Assembly (NCBI GenBank): GCA_002633005.1
Contig: NMRA01000228.1
Location: 121,685-185,684 of the forward strand
DNA from: Phoronis australis
Taxonomy: Eukaryota; Animalia; Phoronida
Direction: 5' to 3'
Length of the DNA: 64,000 bases
Part shown: piece by piece, positions 47,601 through 64,000 of the stretch
Layout of the letters: every line of letters begins with the position of its first letter
Numbering within the stretch: position 1 is the stretch's first letter
Notes under the pieces: model-generated
Seen by the model: the letters and a program-made list of their open reading frames with translations, nothing else
Told to the model about the DNA's origin: nothing
The model's database searches: none
Position numbers and translations under genes: made by a program

Positions 47601-50064
47601 TTGCTCTAGTTACTGTTTTCGAGTCTGTTTTTTGGCATCCACCCCTCTATTAACCAAACCATTCTAGGGATGATTTTGAAAATTGGTGTATATGTTCTCA
47701 GTGTGAAGAGGACGATTACGCTGACAACTTCGGTTACTGTGGCTCCACCAAGTGGTTTTTTTTGTTTTGTGGCCATAGCTGTATCTCCTAAACCCACTGT
47801 AGGATCTTTATTAAATTTAGTAAGTGTATTTTTATTAAGCTAACAATAGATGTCTACTTTGAGGCAGATGCTGTGCCCCCTAATTTTTTTCCATTTTCCT
47901 TCGTTTCTCTGAAGTTTCTTTGACATATTTTTATGAAATTTGGTAAATAGCTTTCTATTAAGGAAGTGATGGTATGTTCCGTTTTCAGATGGATTGGACA
48001 TGTTACACCATCTAGTGGCCATTTTTATGATAGAAATGAACAACACTCTAGAAGCACATTGTTTACGGAGCATTTGTTGGCACATTTCAACGCTCCACCT
48101 TTCTCTTGTTTCAGTTTGGAATGTTTGTATTTTCATTGATAACCTTATTCAAGATAAATTGGGGCGTGTCTGTGCTGGGTGTGCATATAGTTGTGACCTT
48201 GACTCTTGACCTTTGCAGAAAAGAAAGTTAGCGAAGACGATACTCGCATGTTGAGAGCATTTGAAAAGGAGGGCATGGAACGTTATCTCATCCTTAAAGT
48301 GCAACAGTCCAAGGAGCACATACAGAGTAGGGTCATTTCAGCGGGTGAAAGGTAATTGTTGCTATTCGGCGTCATGCACATATTTGGCCAAGAAGCAACT
48401 GACAATCAGAGTGTACTAAAGACCAGATGAAGTTTAAACACATTTCCTATGTCTAGTTTTCAAATCTCCTGTTTCCTGTCATTTTGTGCCGACTGTAACG
48501 TGTTCATCTTACTCAAAATGGCAATAAACTTGCGTGACGTCCAAAAAGCAAATTTTTGATGTAGACTTCTTACCATTATTACCAAGGAACAATTTGATAC
48601 CAATTTCATAACTTAGGTGTTATTAATCAAAAGTTGTTTTTTGTGACGGAAGGTTATATATATATATGTACACTTTAGTCAAAAGTATATTCGTGTTAAG
48701 TGTATTCAGTTGACATCTTGAAGTGTTGTGTGATGTTGTACTAAGCTGAGACGTATTCGTCTGCAAGTTTTACTTTTGACCAAAGTGTCACAATAAAGTG
48801 TGCTGTCGAATACCAGTTATCTGCTACTTAGTTGTCAATTGGATTAAACTTATGCTGTATCACAAGTTCACCTTACTTGCATATGTCATGAATATTAATA
48901 CATATGGGTTCCCTTGTTGTTCACAGTTGCCTCTAGACAGCTCATTGCATTATCAATTGTTTAGTTGCGTAAAGAACGTAAAATCAGTTCATGACAGTCA
49001 GTTAACTCTATGGTTGCTTAAGAAATTGATAATCAGAATCTAGGTTTAAAGCTGTTTGAGACTACGATGTAGATATGATTAACATACTAGAATGTTACTG
49101 TACAGTTGTTAACTAGTGATTTTGATTATACATAGCTGAGTCAACTGTCTCCAACAGATGAAATTAATAATTCAATTGCAGGGCTTCAGATCCCCCAACA
49201 ATTGATTATCAACCTATTTTGAAGTGAGTGCATATTTACTCAAACTGTAAACAAAACTTTTCAACATTCATTTGACTGTTGTTAGTTACACTGTTGTTGT
49301 GTTTTTCAGAATTGAGAAGGTGATTGATGACTTGGAAGAAATCAAGGAACAAGTACTAGGGGGAGCCTCTACAGACCTGGCATCATCTACTGAGAATCTC
49401 AAGGGCTCCTTTGATGGGCAGAGGTTAGCATGTTGTTGTGCAATTTGTGTCAGAATATGCACCTCTAATGGCCACATTGGTTTTATTATTAATAGCCTAA
49501 TTATTAACATTGAATTACTGGACACCTCTAAAAGTATACCGTTGATACAGGTGGTCACATACAGCTATCAAGTGAATGGTTTGTCTTGCAACTGTTTTTT
49601 TTTGGATTTGCGGGCACAAGCATTATAAAGCTACTGAAGTGTCTTGCATTATTCCTTTAGCTTGAATTTTGTTGCATTCAATTTGTTTCTTAATTCCCAG
49701 TTCATAAAAAATCTGTTTACATTTTTTCTGCAATGCCAAACATTTGAATGATACTTCTTTTGCAATACGGTGTTGCTAAACTGTTGTGGTGACATAGCCA
49801 ATTCTTGGCAATATGTTCTGAGAGCACTTGTTAATCATGATTTTGAGTCTGGATTTTTCCCAGTTGTGGGCATGCTCCATAATCCCTGTAAATGGCATCA
49901 TTAGACCCAATGGCTTTTTCTCTTTCAGCTCGTTTCCTGAAGCTGAGCTGCTCAATAAGCAGCTGTTGGCTCTTGAGCAGAAGTTCCAACAACATTATGA
50001 GGTTCAACAGCAGCAGTACGAAGCATTGATAAAACTTCTACAGGAGAAGGCCACGGTCATGTGA
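2918..50064 (+). CDS. TRPM: TRPM-family cation channel (invertebrate TRPM2-like, no NUDT9-H domain); 26 coding exons, ~1566 aa
   Basis: join(2918..3015,7694..8387,20635..20708,21507..21672,23047..23227,24659..24828,26047..26248,26534..26699,31287..31449,33590..33769,34259..34393,34967..35044,36107..36227,36812..36943,37891..38028,38262..38361,38674..38899,40373..40720,41487..41660,43680..43934,44131..44305,46242..46395,47184..47371,48219..48351,49310..49423,49929..50064). All introns are GT-AG with compatible phases; the total is 4701 nt. TRPM motifs: [66 protein letters not shown] box VWRFYRY, C-terminal coiled coil. Confidence 0.93.
5636..6650 (-). mobile_element. 5'-truncated non-LTR retrotransposon (CR1/L2-group) with (TTA)n tail
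   Basis: Frameshifted RT C-terminal motifs [52 protein letters not shown] 3' UTR ends in aataaagt followed by about 20 TTA units (5636-5695). Confidence 0.85.
6884..7140. repeat. Tandem repeat, 84-86 bp x 3
   Basis: Units start agtaaagaagttagtgggtcact at 6884, 6970 and 7054. Confidence 0.92.
7694..8387 (+). CDS. TRPM: TRPM large N-terminal disordered exon
   Basis: tttcag acceptor, 694-nt open frame (ORF 7725..8420), GAG|GTAAGT donor. Phase 0 matches exon 20635. Confidence 0.72.
9292..10870 (+). mobile_element. Degenerate THAP-encoding DNA transposon (ISL2EU/Harbinger-like) spanning the assembly gap
   Basis: 15-bp TIR tagcggagttgcaac / gttgcaactccgcta. THAP remnant at ~9400-9650 ([25 protein letters not shown]) with stops and a frameshift. 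Confidence 0.7.
9678..10422. other. Assembly gap (745 N)
   Basis: Run of n. Confidence 0.99.
11975..12500 (-). mobile_element. LINE 3' remnant (ORF2 C-terminal CCHC-like region and 3' UTR)
   Basis: CSCG..T..HVFFAC...R..L...LYGCQEL...NKVLF..V..F pattern, followed by an A-rich end. Confidence 0.6.
13880..14300. repeat. Dispersed repeat, copy 1 of 3 (others ~32860-33375 and ~39130-39420 plus 40245-40275)
   Basis: Shared blocks such as gataagaaacagtaa..ttaccc, ctagtgag..tggaatgtg and cattgga.aaattcaaaa. Confidence 0.7.
14300..14825. mobile_element. Harbinger-like MITE
   Basis: Inverted pairs ttttcatact / agtatgaaaa, cttaacttcg / cgaagttaag and agcggagcgtcgac / gtcgacgctccgct. Confidence 0.5.
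16759..19188. mobile_element. Non-autonomous Tc1/mariner(pogo)-like TIR element, 2430 bp, nested in copia RNase H
   Basis: 24-bp TIRs ccgtaatcgttcggggtaacgccc / gggcgttaacccgaatgattacgg (2 mismatches), TA on both flanks, subterminal gggcg(g/c)ttaa repeats. Confidence 0.85.
19345..19590. repeat. 27-bp tandem repeat in the copia 3' region
   Basis: Repeated gagacaggcatgttagaattttagttg. Confidence 0.85.
19878..19998. repeat. ~39-bp tandem repeat x 3
   Basis: Repeated gactttttagtcagtaccccatcccc..tgaaagt. Confidence 0.85.
20635..20708 (+). CDS. TRPM: TRPM exon ([24 protein letters not shown])
   Basis: ttttcag / GTATGT; resembles the start of MHR1 (I...F..REC..F). Confidence 0.82.
21507..21672 (+). 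CDS. TRPM: TRPM exon (VCHCG...[10 protein letters not shown])
   Basis: CxCG and D.FGEI.F motifs; tttcag / GTGAGT. Confidence 0.92.
23047..23227 (+). CDS. TRPM: TRPM exon (YIRV...[17 protein letters not shown])
   Basis: MHR1 motif; ctgcag / GTAAGA. Confidence 0.95.
24659..24828 (+). CDS. TRPM: TRPM exon ([20 protein letters not shown]...GIATWG)
   Basis: MHR1/2 motifs; tctag / GTGAGA. Confidence 0.95.
25093..25640 (-). mobile_element. RTEX-like LINE 3' remnant with (TTGA)n tail
   Basis: [19 protein letters not shown]...[14 protein letters not shown]; caat repeats at ~25093-25110. Confidence 0.7.
26047..26248 (+). CDS. TRPM: TRPM exon ([25 protein letters not shown])
   Basis: MHR2 motif; tttcag / GTAAGG. 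Confidence 0.95.
26534..26699 (+). CDS. TRPM: TRPM exon ([11 protein letters not shown]...GSGRAAD)
   Basis: MHR2 motif; tgcag / GTGAGT. Confidence 0.95.
26855..30953. mobile_element. Non-autonomous hAT-like TIR element, ~4.1 kb
   Basis: 11-bp TIR cagggctcgac / gtcgagccctg, subterminal ag(g/c)tcgca repeats at both ends, CpG-richer than host DNA, no long ORF. An 8-bp TSD is not clean. Confidence 0.7.
31287..31449 (+). CDS. TRPM: TRPM exon ([11 protein letters not shown]...CLSNRRM)
   Basis: ttacag / GTGTGT; phases 2 and 0 fit the neighbouring exons. Confidence 0.85.
33590..33769 (+). CDS. TRPM: TRPM exon ([14 protein letters not shown]...[19 protein letters not shown])
   Basis: MHR3 motif; ctacag / GTAAAT. 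Confidence 0.95.
33852..34065 (+). mobile_element. Truncated CAGTGGCGG MITE end fused to a Penelope-like RT fragment
   Basis: cagtggcggttttagaggagggcc at 33852; [26 protein letters not shown] at ~33968-34060. Confidence 0.65.
34259..34393 (+). CDS. TRPM: TRPM exon ([24 protein letters not shown])
   Basis: MHR3 motif; tttcag / GTGAAC. Confidence 0.94.
34967..35044 (+). CDS. TRPM: TRPM exon ([26 protein letters not shown])
   Basis: tgcag / GTATCT; 78 nt, phase 0-0, poorly conserved linker. Confidence 0.7.
36107..36227 (+). CDS. TRPM: TRPM exon ([21 protein letters not shown])
   Basis: Matches the L..IG....L.G..Y...Y motif; tttcag / GTAACT. Confidence 0.88.
36812..36943 (+). CDS. TRPM: TRPM linker exon ([11 protein letters not shown]...SSVSHQ)
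   Basis: ggcag / GTAAGT; phase 1-1. Confidence 0.75.
37891..38028 (+). CDS. TRPM: TRPM exon ([25 protein letters not shown])
   Basis: MHR4 motif; tttcag / GTTAGT. Confidence 0.95.
38262..38361 (+). CDS. TRPM: TRPM exon ([13 protein letters not shown]...EYLENA)
   Basis: MHR4; tttcag / GTGAGT. Confidence 0.93.
38674..38899 (+). CDS. TRPM: TRPM exon ([12 protein letters not shown]...[17 protein letters not shown])
   Basis: MHR4; gccag / GTGAGC. Confidence 0.95.
39425..40245. mobile_element. Insertion with terminal long palindrome (Crypton-like non-autonomous?) nested in a dispersed repeat
   Basis: Interrupts the repeat that is intact at 33340-33375; imperfect palindrome at 40119-40240; tRNA-like A/B boxes at ~39515-39580 on the - strand. 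Confidence 0.55.
40373..40720 (+). CDS. TRPM: TRPM pre-S1 exon (...[11 protein letters not shown])
   Basis: F..AP..KF motif; tgtag / GTAAGT. Confidence 0.93.
41487..41660 (+). CDS. TRPM: TRPM S1-S2 exon (...EECRQ)
   Basis: Transmembrane helices and EExRQ; tccag / GTAATG. Confidence 0.95.
43053..43272. mobile_element. Harbinger-like MITE
   Basis: Imperfect TIR aggcctgttcgcacttag / ctaagtgtggacaggcct. Confidence 0.6.
43680..43934 (+). CDS. TRPM: TRPM S3-S4 exon (WNKFD...[12 protein letters not shown])
   Basis: S3, S4 and S4-S5 linker; tccag / GTAAAA. Confidence 0.96.
44131..44305 (+). CDS. TRPM: TRPM S5/pore exon (DLMFF...[12 protein letters not shown])
   Basis: S5, pore helix and filter; ttttag / GTATGA. 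Confidence 0.96.
44419..44560. repeat. Long imperfect palindrome (Crypton-like repeat remnant)
   Basis: Arms tgttggttttcagaccc / gggtctgaaaaccaaca around a ccgaggcagagttaagg centre. Confidence 0.65.
44847..45807. mobile_element. hAT-like MITE with duplicated right end and internal tRNA-derived segment
   Basis: TIR cataggcggatttagg / cctagatccgccactg; cagga on both flanks; right ~88 bp tandemly repeated; A/B boxes at ~45447-45505. Confidence 0.7.
46242..46395 (+). CDS. TRPM: TRPM S6 exon (...[12 protein letters not shown])
   Basis: Pore-loop Cys pair and S6; tccag / GTATTA. Confidence 0.96.
47184..47371 (+). CDS. TRPM: TRPM TRP-domain exon ([19 protein letters not shown]...PAFAPPL)
   Basis: TRP helix; tgtag / GTACGT. 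Confidence 0.95.
47420..48194 (+). mobile_element. Helentron-associated (HINE/DINE-like) non-autonomous element
   Basis: 5' ttttatacgccc, 3' gggcgtgt...tagtt, and internally repeated blocks (ctagtggccatttttatga, catttcaacgctccac, gctgtatctcctaaac). Confidence 0.5.
48219..48351 (+). CDS. TRPM: TRPM rib-helix exon ([13 protein letters not shown])
   Basis: L..FE.....Y motif; ttgcag / GTAATT. Confidence 0.9.
49310..49423 (+). CDS. TRPM: TRPM coiled-coil exon ([15 protein letters not shown])
   Basis: Heptad pattern; tttcag / GTTAGC. Confidence 0.88.
49929..50064 (+). CDS. TRPM: TRPM terminal coding exon (...[13 protein letters not shown]...QEKATVM*)
   Basis: tttcag acceptor, phase 2, coiled coil, TGA at 50062-50064. 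Confidence 0.85.
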
Positions 50065-52505
50065 ACCGTGCTGTTAGTGTGTGTGTACTGTCCAGAGACA
50101 CCTATTGTTGAATACAACAAAATGGGGGTGCAAGTGTAGAAAAATGGCTCAATCCGGGGTTGTATTCTCACTTTAGTTGCTTTTAGCCGAAGTTATGGTT
50201 CGTACTTAAGGAACTTATATTACTATTCTATTATACCACTTTCTTGTTACTTATTTGGGTTGGTGGAAGGTTTTTGATGTTTTTGCATAATGGCCTCTGG
50301 ATATAATGCATTGTCTCCTATATTATTTGAGAGCAGTATATTACAATCTTTGAGCAGGGTTATCCAGTGTGAGAACACATCAGAAATAGTCATGTTATCG
50401 GCACACTCACTTCATGTTTAAGAATGGGTTCTTGGACGAGACGCAGAATATAACTTGTGATGATGTTTTAGTAACAGTTTGTTTCTCACTAAGGATTAAC
50501 ACAGGCATCAGGAACTATGATGTTATCTCTATGTCATGTATGGCTTGGAATGACCAATGACAGACAAATAGGAAAAATTTCTAGGTGACGTATCATTCTT
50601 AAGTAAATAAGGTTGTGTGATAGAATTGTTTTGTAGTGTTGTAAAAGTTAACTGAAATAAACGTTTTTGCATGAATGAAGCCCTAATAATGATAAAACAG
50701 ACATGAACAAACAGGAAACTGGAAATCAAATGAGAGGAAGTTGAAACCAAAAAAGAGGAAATCCTCTTAAAAGAGGAAAATTCCAAGCCCTGATCATGAT
50801 TGTCAACAGTTGTCTATGACTTTATAGCTTTACAGTTAGAGTGGCAGCGAAGAAGTACAACTGGAGAAGATTTTAATAATTAAACAGATTTCAAAATTAT
50901 CTTGCAAGTTGTGTGGTATTTGCTATATTTAGTCAGTTTTGTGGTGTATAAATGGCTTTTCCATTGTTTGAAACCTGGCCTGTTTTGACTGACAAAATGT
51001 TTGTATAAGAATCATTAGTGCCATCAACGCCAAATACAAGTACTTTCTAAGTACTTTTGTGCAGAGAAGAGCAATAATTGCATTAGAGGTGATTGCACTG
51101 CAGTAACACACTGGCTGCAATAAGTGTGTAAAGCATGGTAGATAATTGGTGTGCAAACCACATGTCTGACAAGACTGTTGGAATGGTTAATGATATCTTG
51201 AGTTGGCAGTAAGACATATTAATGGTCATATTGTGAAATAGTTTGCTGCTTGCCATGGTTCCGACTTAATTCTGAGAATTTTATATCTGATGTTGAATCG
51301 TTTTCACTAAAACCATCCCTTTACTTCAGAATTTTTTATATTTTATTTTTGCTTAAGTTGTGTTACATTAGTTGGCAGGTCCATCAAACCATTGAAATTT
51401 TGTTTTTAACTAGTTGTAACATGGAATTAGTGCCATACGATTCTGTTTTTGTGTAATTTTGGAACCGCTGTGCATTTTATACAACTCTGTACCTATTGCA
51501 TTAGATTGTACTCACGCATCCTGGGATCACAACTAGTGCAGCTATTATGTGGGGACACAAATGTTTAATGGCAAGATTTTGATTTTGATACTGCATTCAT
51601 CTGAATTAAAGTAACGAGGAGCTTGTAAAGTTTGTGATTCCAGGGTGGATCTCGTAGACATTCTCAAACTTAATTATCATCAGTTACTTATAATTACTAA
51701 AACACATGCTATGACAATGTATGGCAATGCCGAGGTGTTTTCTCTGTGCAGTCTCGCATTATTCCATTAGTTCCAGTACCCAACAATTTGTGCCAAAATT
51801 TCTTTTAATATCAACTGTTGACCCGCCATTTTATTTTGTTCTGTCAAGTTTCATAAAGCTGTACAATTGCATCAGCTAATGTCTCAAAACACCAAGATCA
51901 TTGTAATTTTGACCAATAAGAAATGTGTGAAATTATGGAAATGTCTCCACATTGCAAAAAGCTTTTTAACAAATCGCCTTTTTCTGAAGTGGAAGCAATG
52001 TGTACTTTACTCCCATGTTTGTTTTATTGAATCAAAGCACAGCCGTAACACATTATCAATCTCAACACAACCACTGTCAACAAAATTTGATATTTTTAGA
52101 AAAGGCTGCAACTGTCAGTTAATGCAATTAGTGTCAATGTAAATGACATGGACAACATGGAGTCTATGTTAGCCATATTGCCACCATGTTTAAGATAGTG
52201 TTGGAGAAACGTAAGCTTGAAGGCTTGTTGATACTGTAAAACTGTCCTAAGTCAGATCCAACAACACCAAATGAGTATTAACTGAAATCTGACTTATTTG
52301 AAGGGTCAACTGTATGAACTAGAACCCCACTGCCAAACATTGCTCAAGTTTAGCAAAAATTTAACTTGTGAAAGTTTTACTGCAGTTCAGAAAGGAATTT
52401 ATTAGTTGTATATAGTGGGATTCTCATTGTAAGACATTACTGTTATTGTTGCACGGTTCAGTTATTGTAAGTACTATTGTTGCAGCTGATCACAGCAGGA
52501 CTGTC

Positions 52506-52511
52506 AATAAA
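52506..52511 (+). terminator. Candidate TRPM polyadenylation signal AATAAA (another at 50656)
   Basis: Hexamer downstream of the TRPM stop; usage unproven. Confidence 0.35.
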
Positions 52512-53130
52512 AGAGCAAACTGATGCTTCAAATTTGTAATGTGCACTCACAAGGTATTAGTTATCCACATACTATATCATAGACAACCAAATTTACACAT
52601 TATCTTTAATACGGTTTAAAGCCAAACATATCTGAAATTGAATGCCCATACTATTTGCCACTCAACACAGAAAGCGCTTTAACTATGAAAATATGGTAGC
52701 TACATACAGAGATAAAAACAAAATTAAAAACTTTTGAATTTAAAACACGACTACTGGAGTAGGACGTAATTACACCTGAGGTCAAACAATTGCCATTAAC
52801 ACCAACACTCAAACTTTTTAATTAATTTTTAATTACCTTGTGAAGTGTGCTACATTTCTTACTTAGGCCAGTCGACAGAATTTCTACATCAGCACTGCAC
52901 AGTCATATGGGAAAGGTATGAATCTGAACAGATTGGCCTTAAGATATCCTATACTTATAAATTGGAACGTGGAAGCTCTTCAATATGTACGATATAGGTG
53001 ATTGTGAAAATAAGCTTGAAATACAAGTCTGCAATTCTGAAGTACTAACTATTCCTTAAAAATTCCAGCTTATAAAACGTGTCTTTGTGTCTGGCAGTTG
53101 AGTGCAAGCACCCCTCTTAGCAGCTATTGT

Positions 53131-62977
<9,847 letters not shown>

Positions 62978-63539
62978 CTGGAATGAAGTTGAGTGTTATC
63001 AGTGATTAGCATTACGTCCAGGAAAATCAAAGTTATATGAATCCGATAATCAATGGGTGTTTGATCCAAGCTGTTTCTTTATCTGATTCAAAATTGAAAT
63101 GGTTTCAGATCTCTTTGACTCGTACTTTTTAAGCAGCAATACTTCTTTACGTAAAATTCGAGTCATTAACTCCCAAATGCATATCTTTTGCCGAAAATAA
63201 CTACCAACTCTCATACATATGTACTAGTCTTGCAAAGCTGTACATCATTTTTGGTCTTCAACATATATTAATGGTTAAATCAATAATTATTTATTTATAA
63301 TTTTCTCATGTCAGGATGTTATCTACAACAAGCTTTCAGAACCAAAAATACTAAATTTAAGAATTATTGGCAACTAGCACCAGACCTGTGTACCACCAAA
63401 ACTGCATTGGAGTACCCTGAACACCAGATTTGCAGATTTTCGCATACAGACCAAATTTACCCTAAAATATAGGAAGGGGTTTAAATTTTTCGCAGTGGAC
63501 CTTTCACTAACTAAAAAAAGAGCTTTCGCCGAATTCTTG

Positions 63540-63653
63540 CCTCTTTAGTGGACTTTTGTCTCATTTTCTCTGACTTTTGGTTTCTCTCAGGACCTTTTTG
63601 CCCACTTTGCCAAATGGGGGACTCATTCAAGCCCCCCCCTGGGTACGCACATG
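63540..63653 (-). repeat. MITE-end fragment homologous to 29757-29870
   Basis: The reverse complement catgtgcgtacccaggggggg...aagtgggca...gagaaaatgagaca.aagtc matches the copy inside the hAT-like element. Confidence 0.65.
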
Positions 63654-64000
63654 GGTACTTTCCTACTTACTTACCTCTGAAACAGTTTCTAAAACATACG
63701 TAGTGAATTGATCGCCAATTTTCAGAAAAATTTAAGTTGTTTAGTTGAGGGACAACGCGCTTAGTGAAAAGATCCTGTTAATCAATAGAAAATGTCCTTA
63801 CTGAACTTAGTTATGTTAATACATGCCTAATGACCTAATGTACACCTCATTTCTTAACACAAAAACATATCGGCAAAAATGCGTTGATGAATCTGCACTG
63901 GACAATGTTTTGCACCAGACAATATTTTCTTCAACCATTCACAAAAGTTTTGAATAATTATTCATTGCAAGTGTCTGCGAACACGTACCACGACCCTACT

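Noticed and set aside
63661-63700. Strong - strand donor (GAG|GTAAGT) as the next Miro exon
   Set aside because: The upstream translation does not resemble the expected AQKAVLHPTxPLY segment; that exon is presumably outside the window.

Overview
AT-rich, intron-rich animal (invertebrate-type) genomic DNA. Most ORF-track entries are spurious or only partly overlap true exons. I assembled two convergent spliced genes by hand from GT-AG sites and reading phase. (1) On the + strand, a 26-coding-exon TRPM cation channel (CDS 2918..50064, about 1566 aa). It has an invertebrate TRPM2-like pore (YGELF) and Ca2+-site residues, a long disordered N-terminal extension, and no C-terminal NUDT9-H or kinase domain. 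(2) On the - strand, the 3' roughly two-thirds of Miro/RHOT (EF-hands, C-terminal GTPase, tail anchor; 12 constitutive exons, 62977..53131); its 5' end lies beyond the window. The introns hold decayed and nested mobile DNA: a GalEa-like copia split by a Tc1/mariner-like TIR element, a THAP-bearing ISL2EU-like element spanning an assembly gap, hAT-like and Harbinger-like MITEs, LINE, RTEX and Penelope fragments, long palindromes and minisatellites. The most unusual observations are four tandem in-frame copies of a Miro splice acceptor at EF-hand 1, and an in-frame candidate cassette exon just before the Miro tail anchor. All coordinates were counted by hand and may be off by a few bases for repeats. 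No database search was run.
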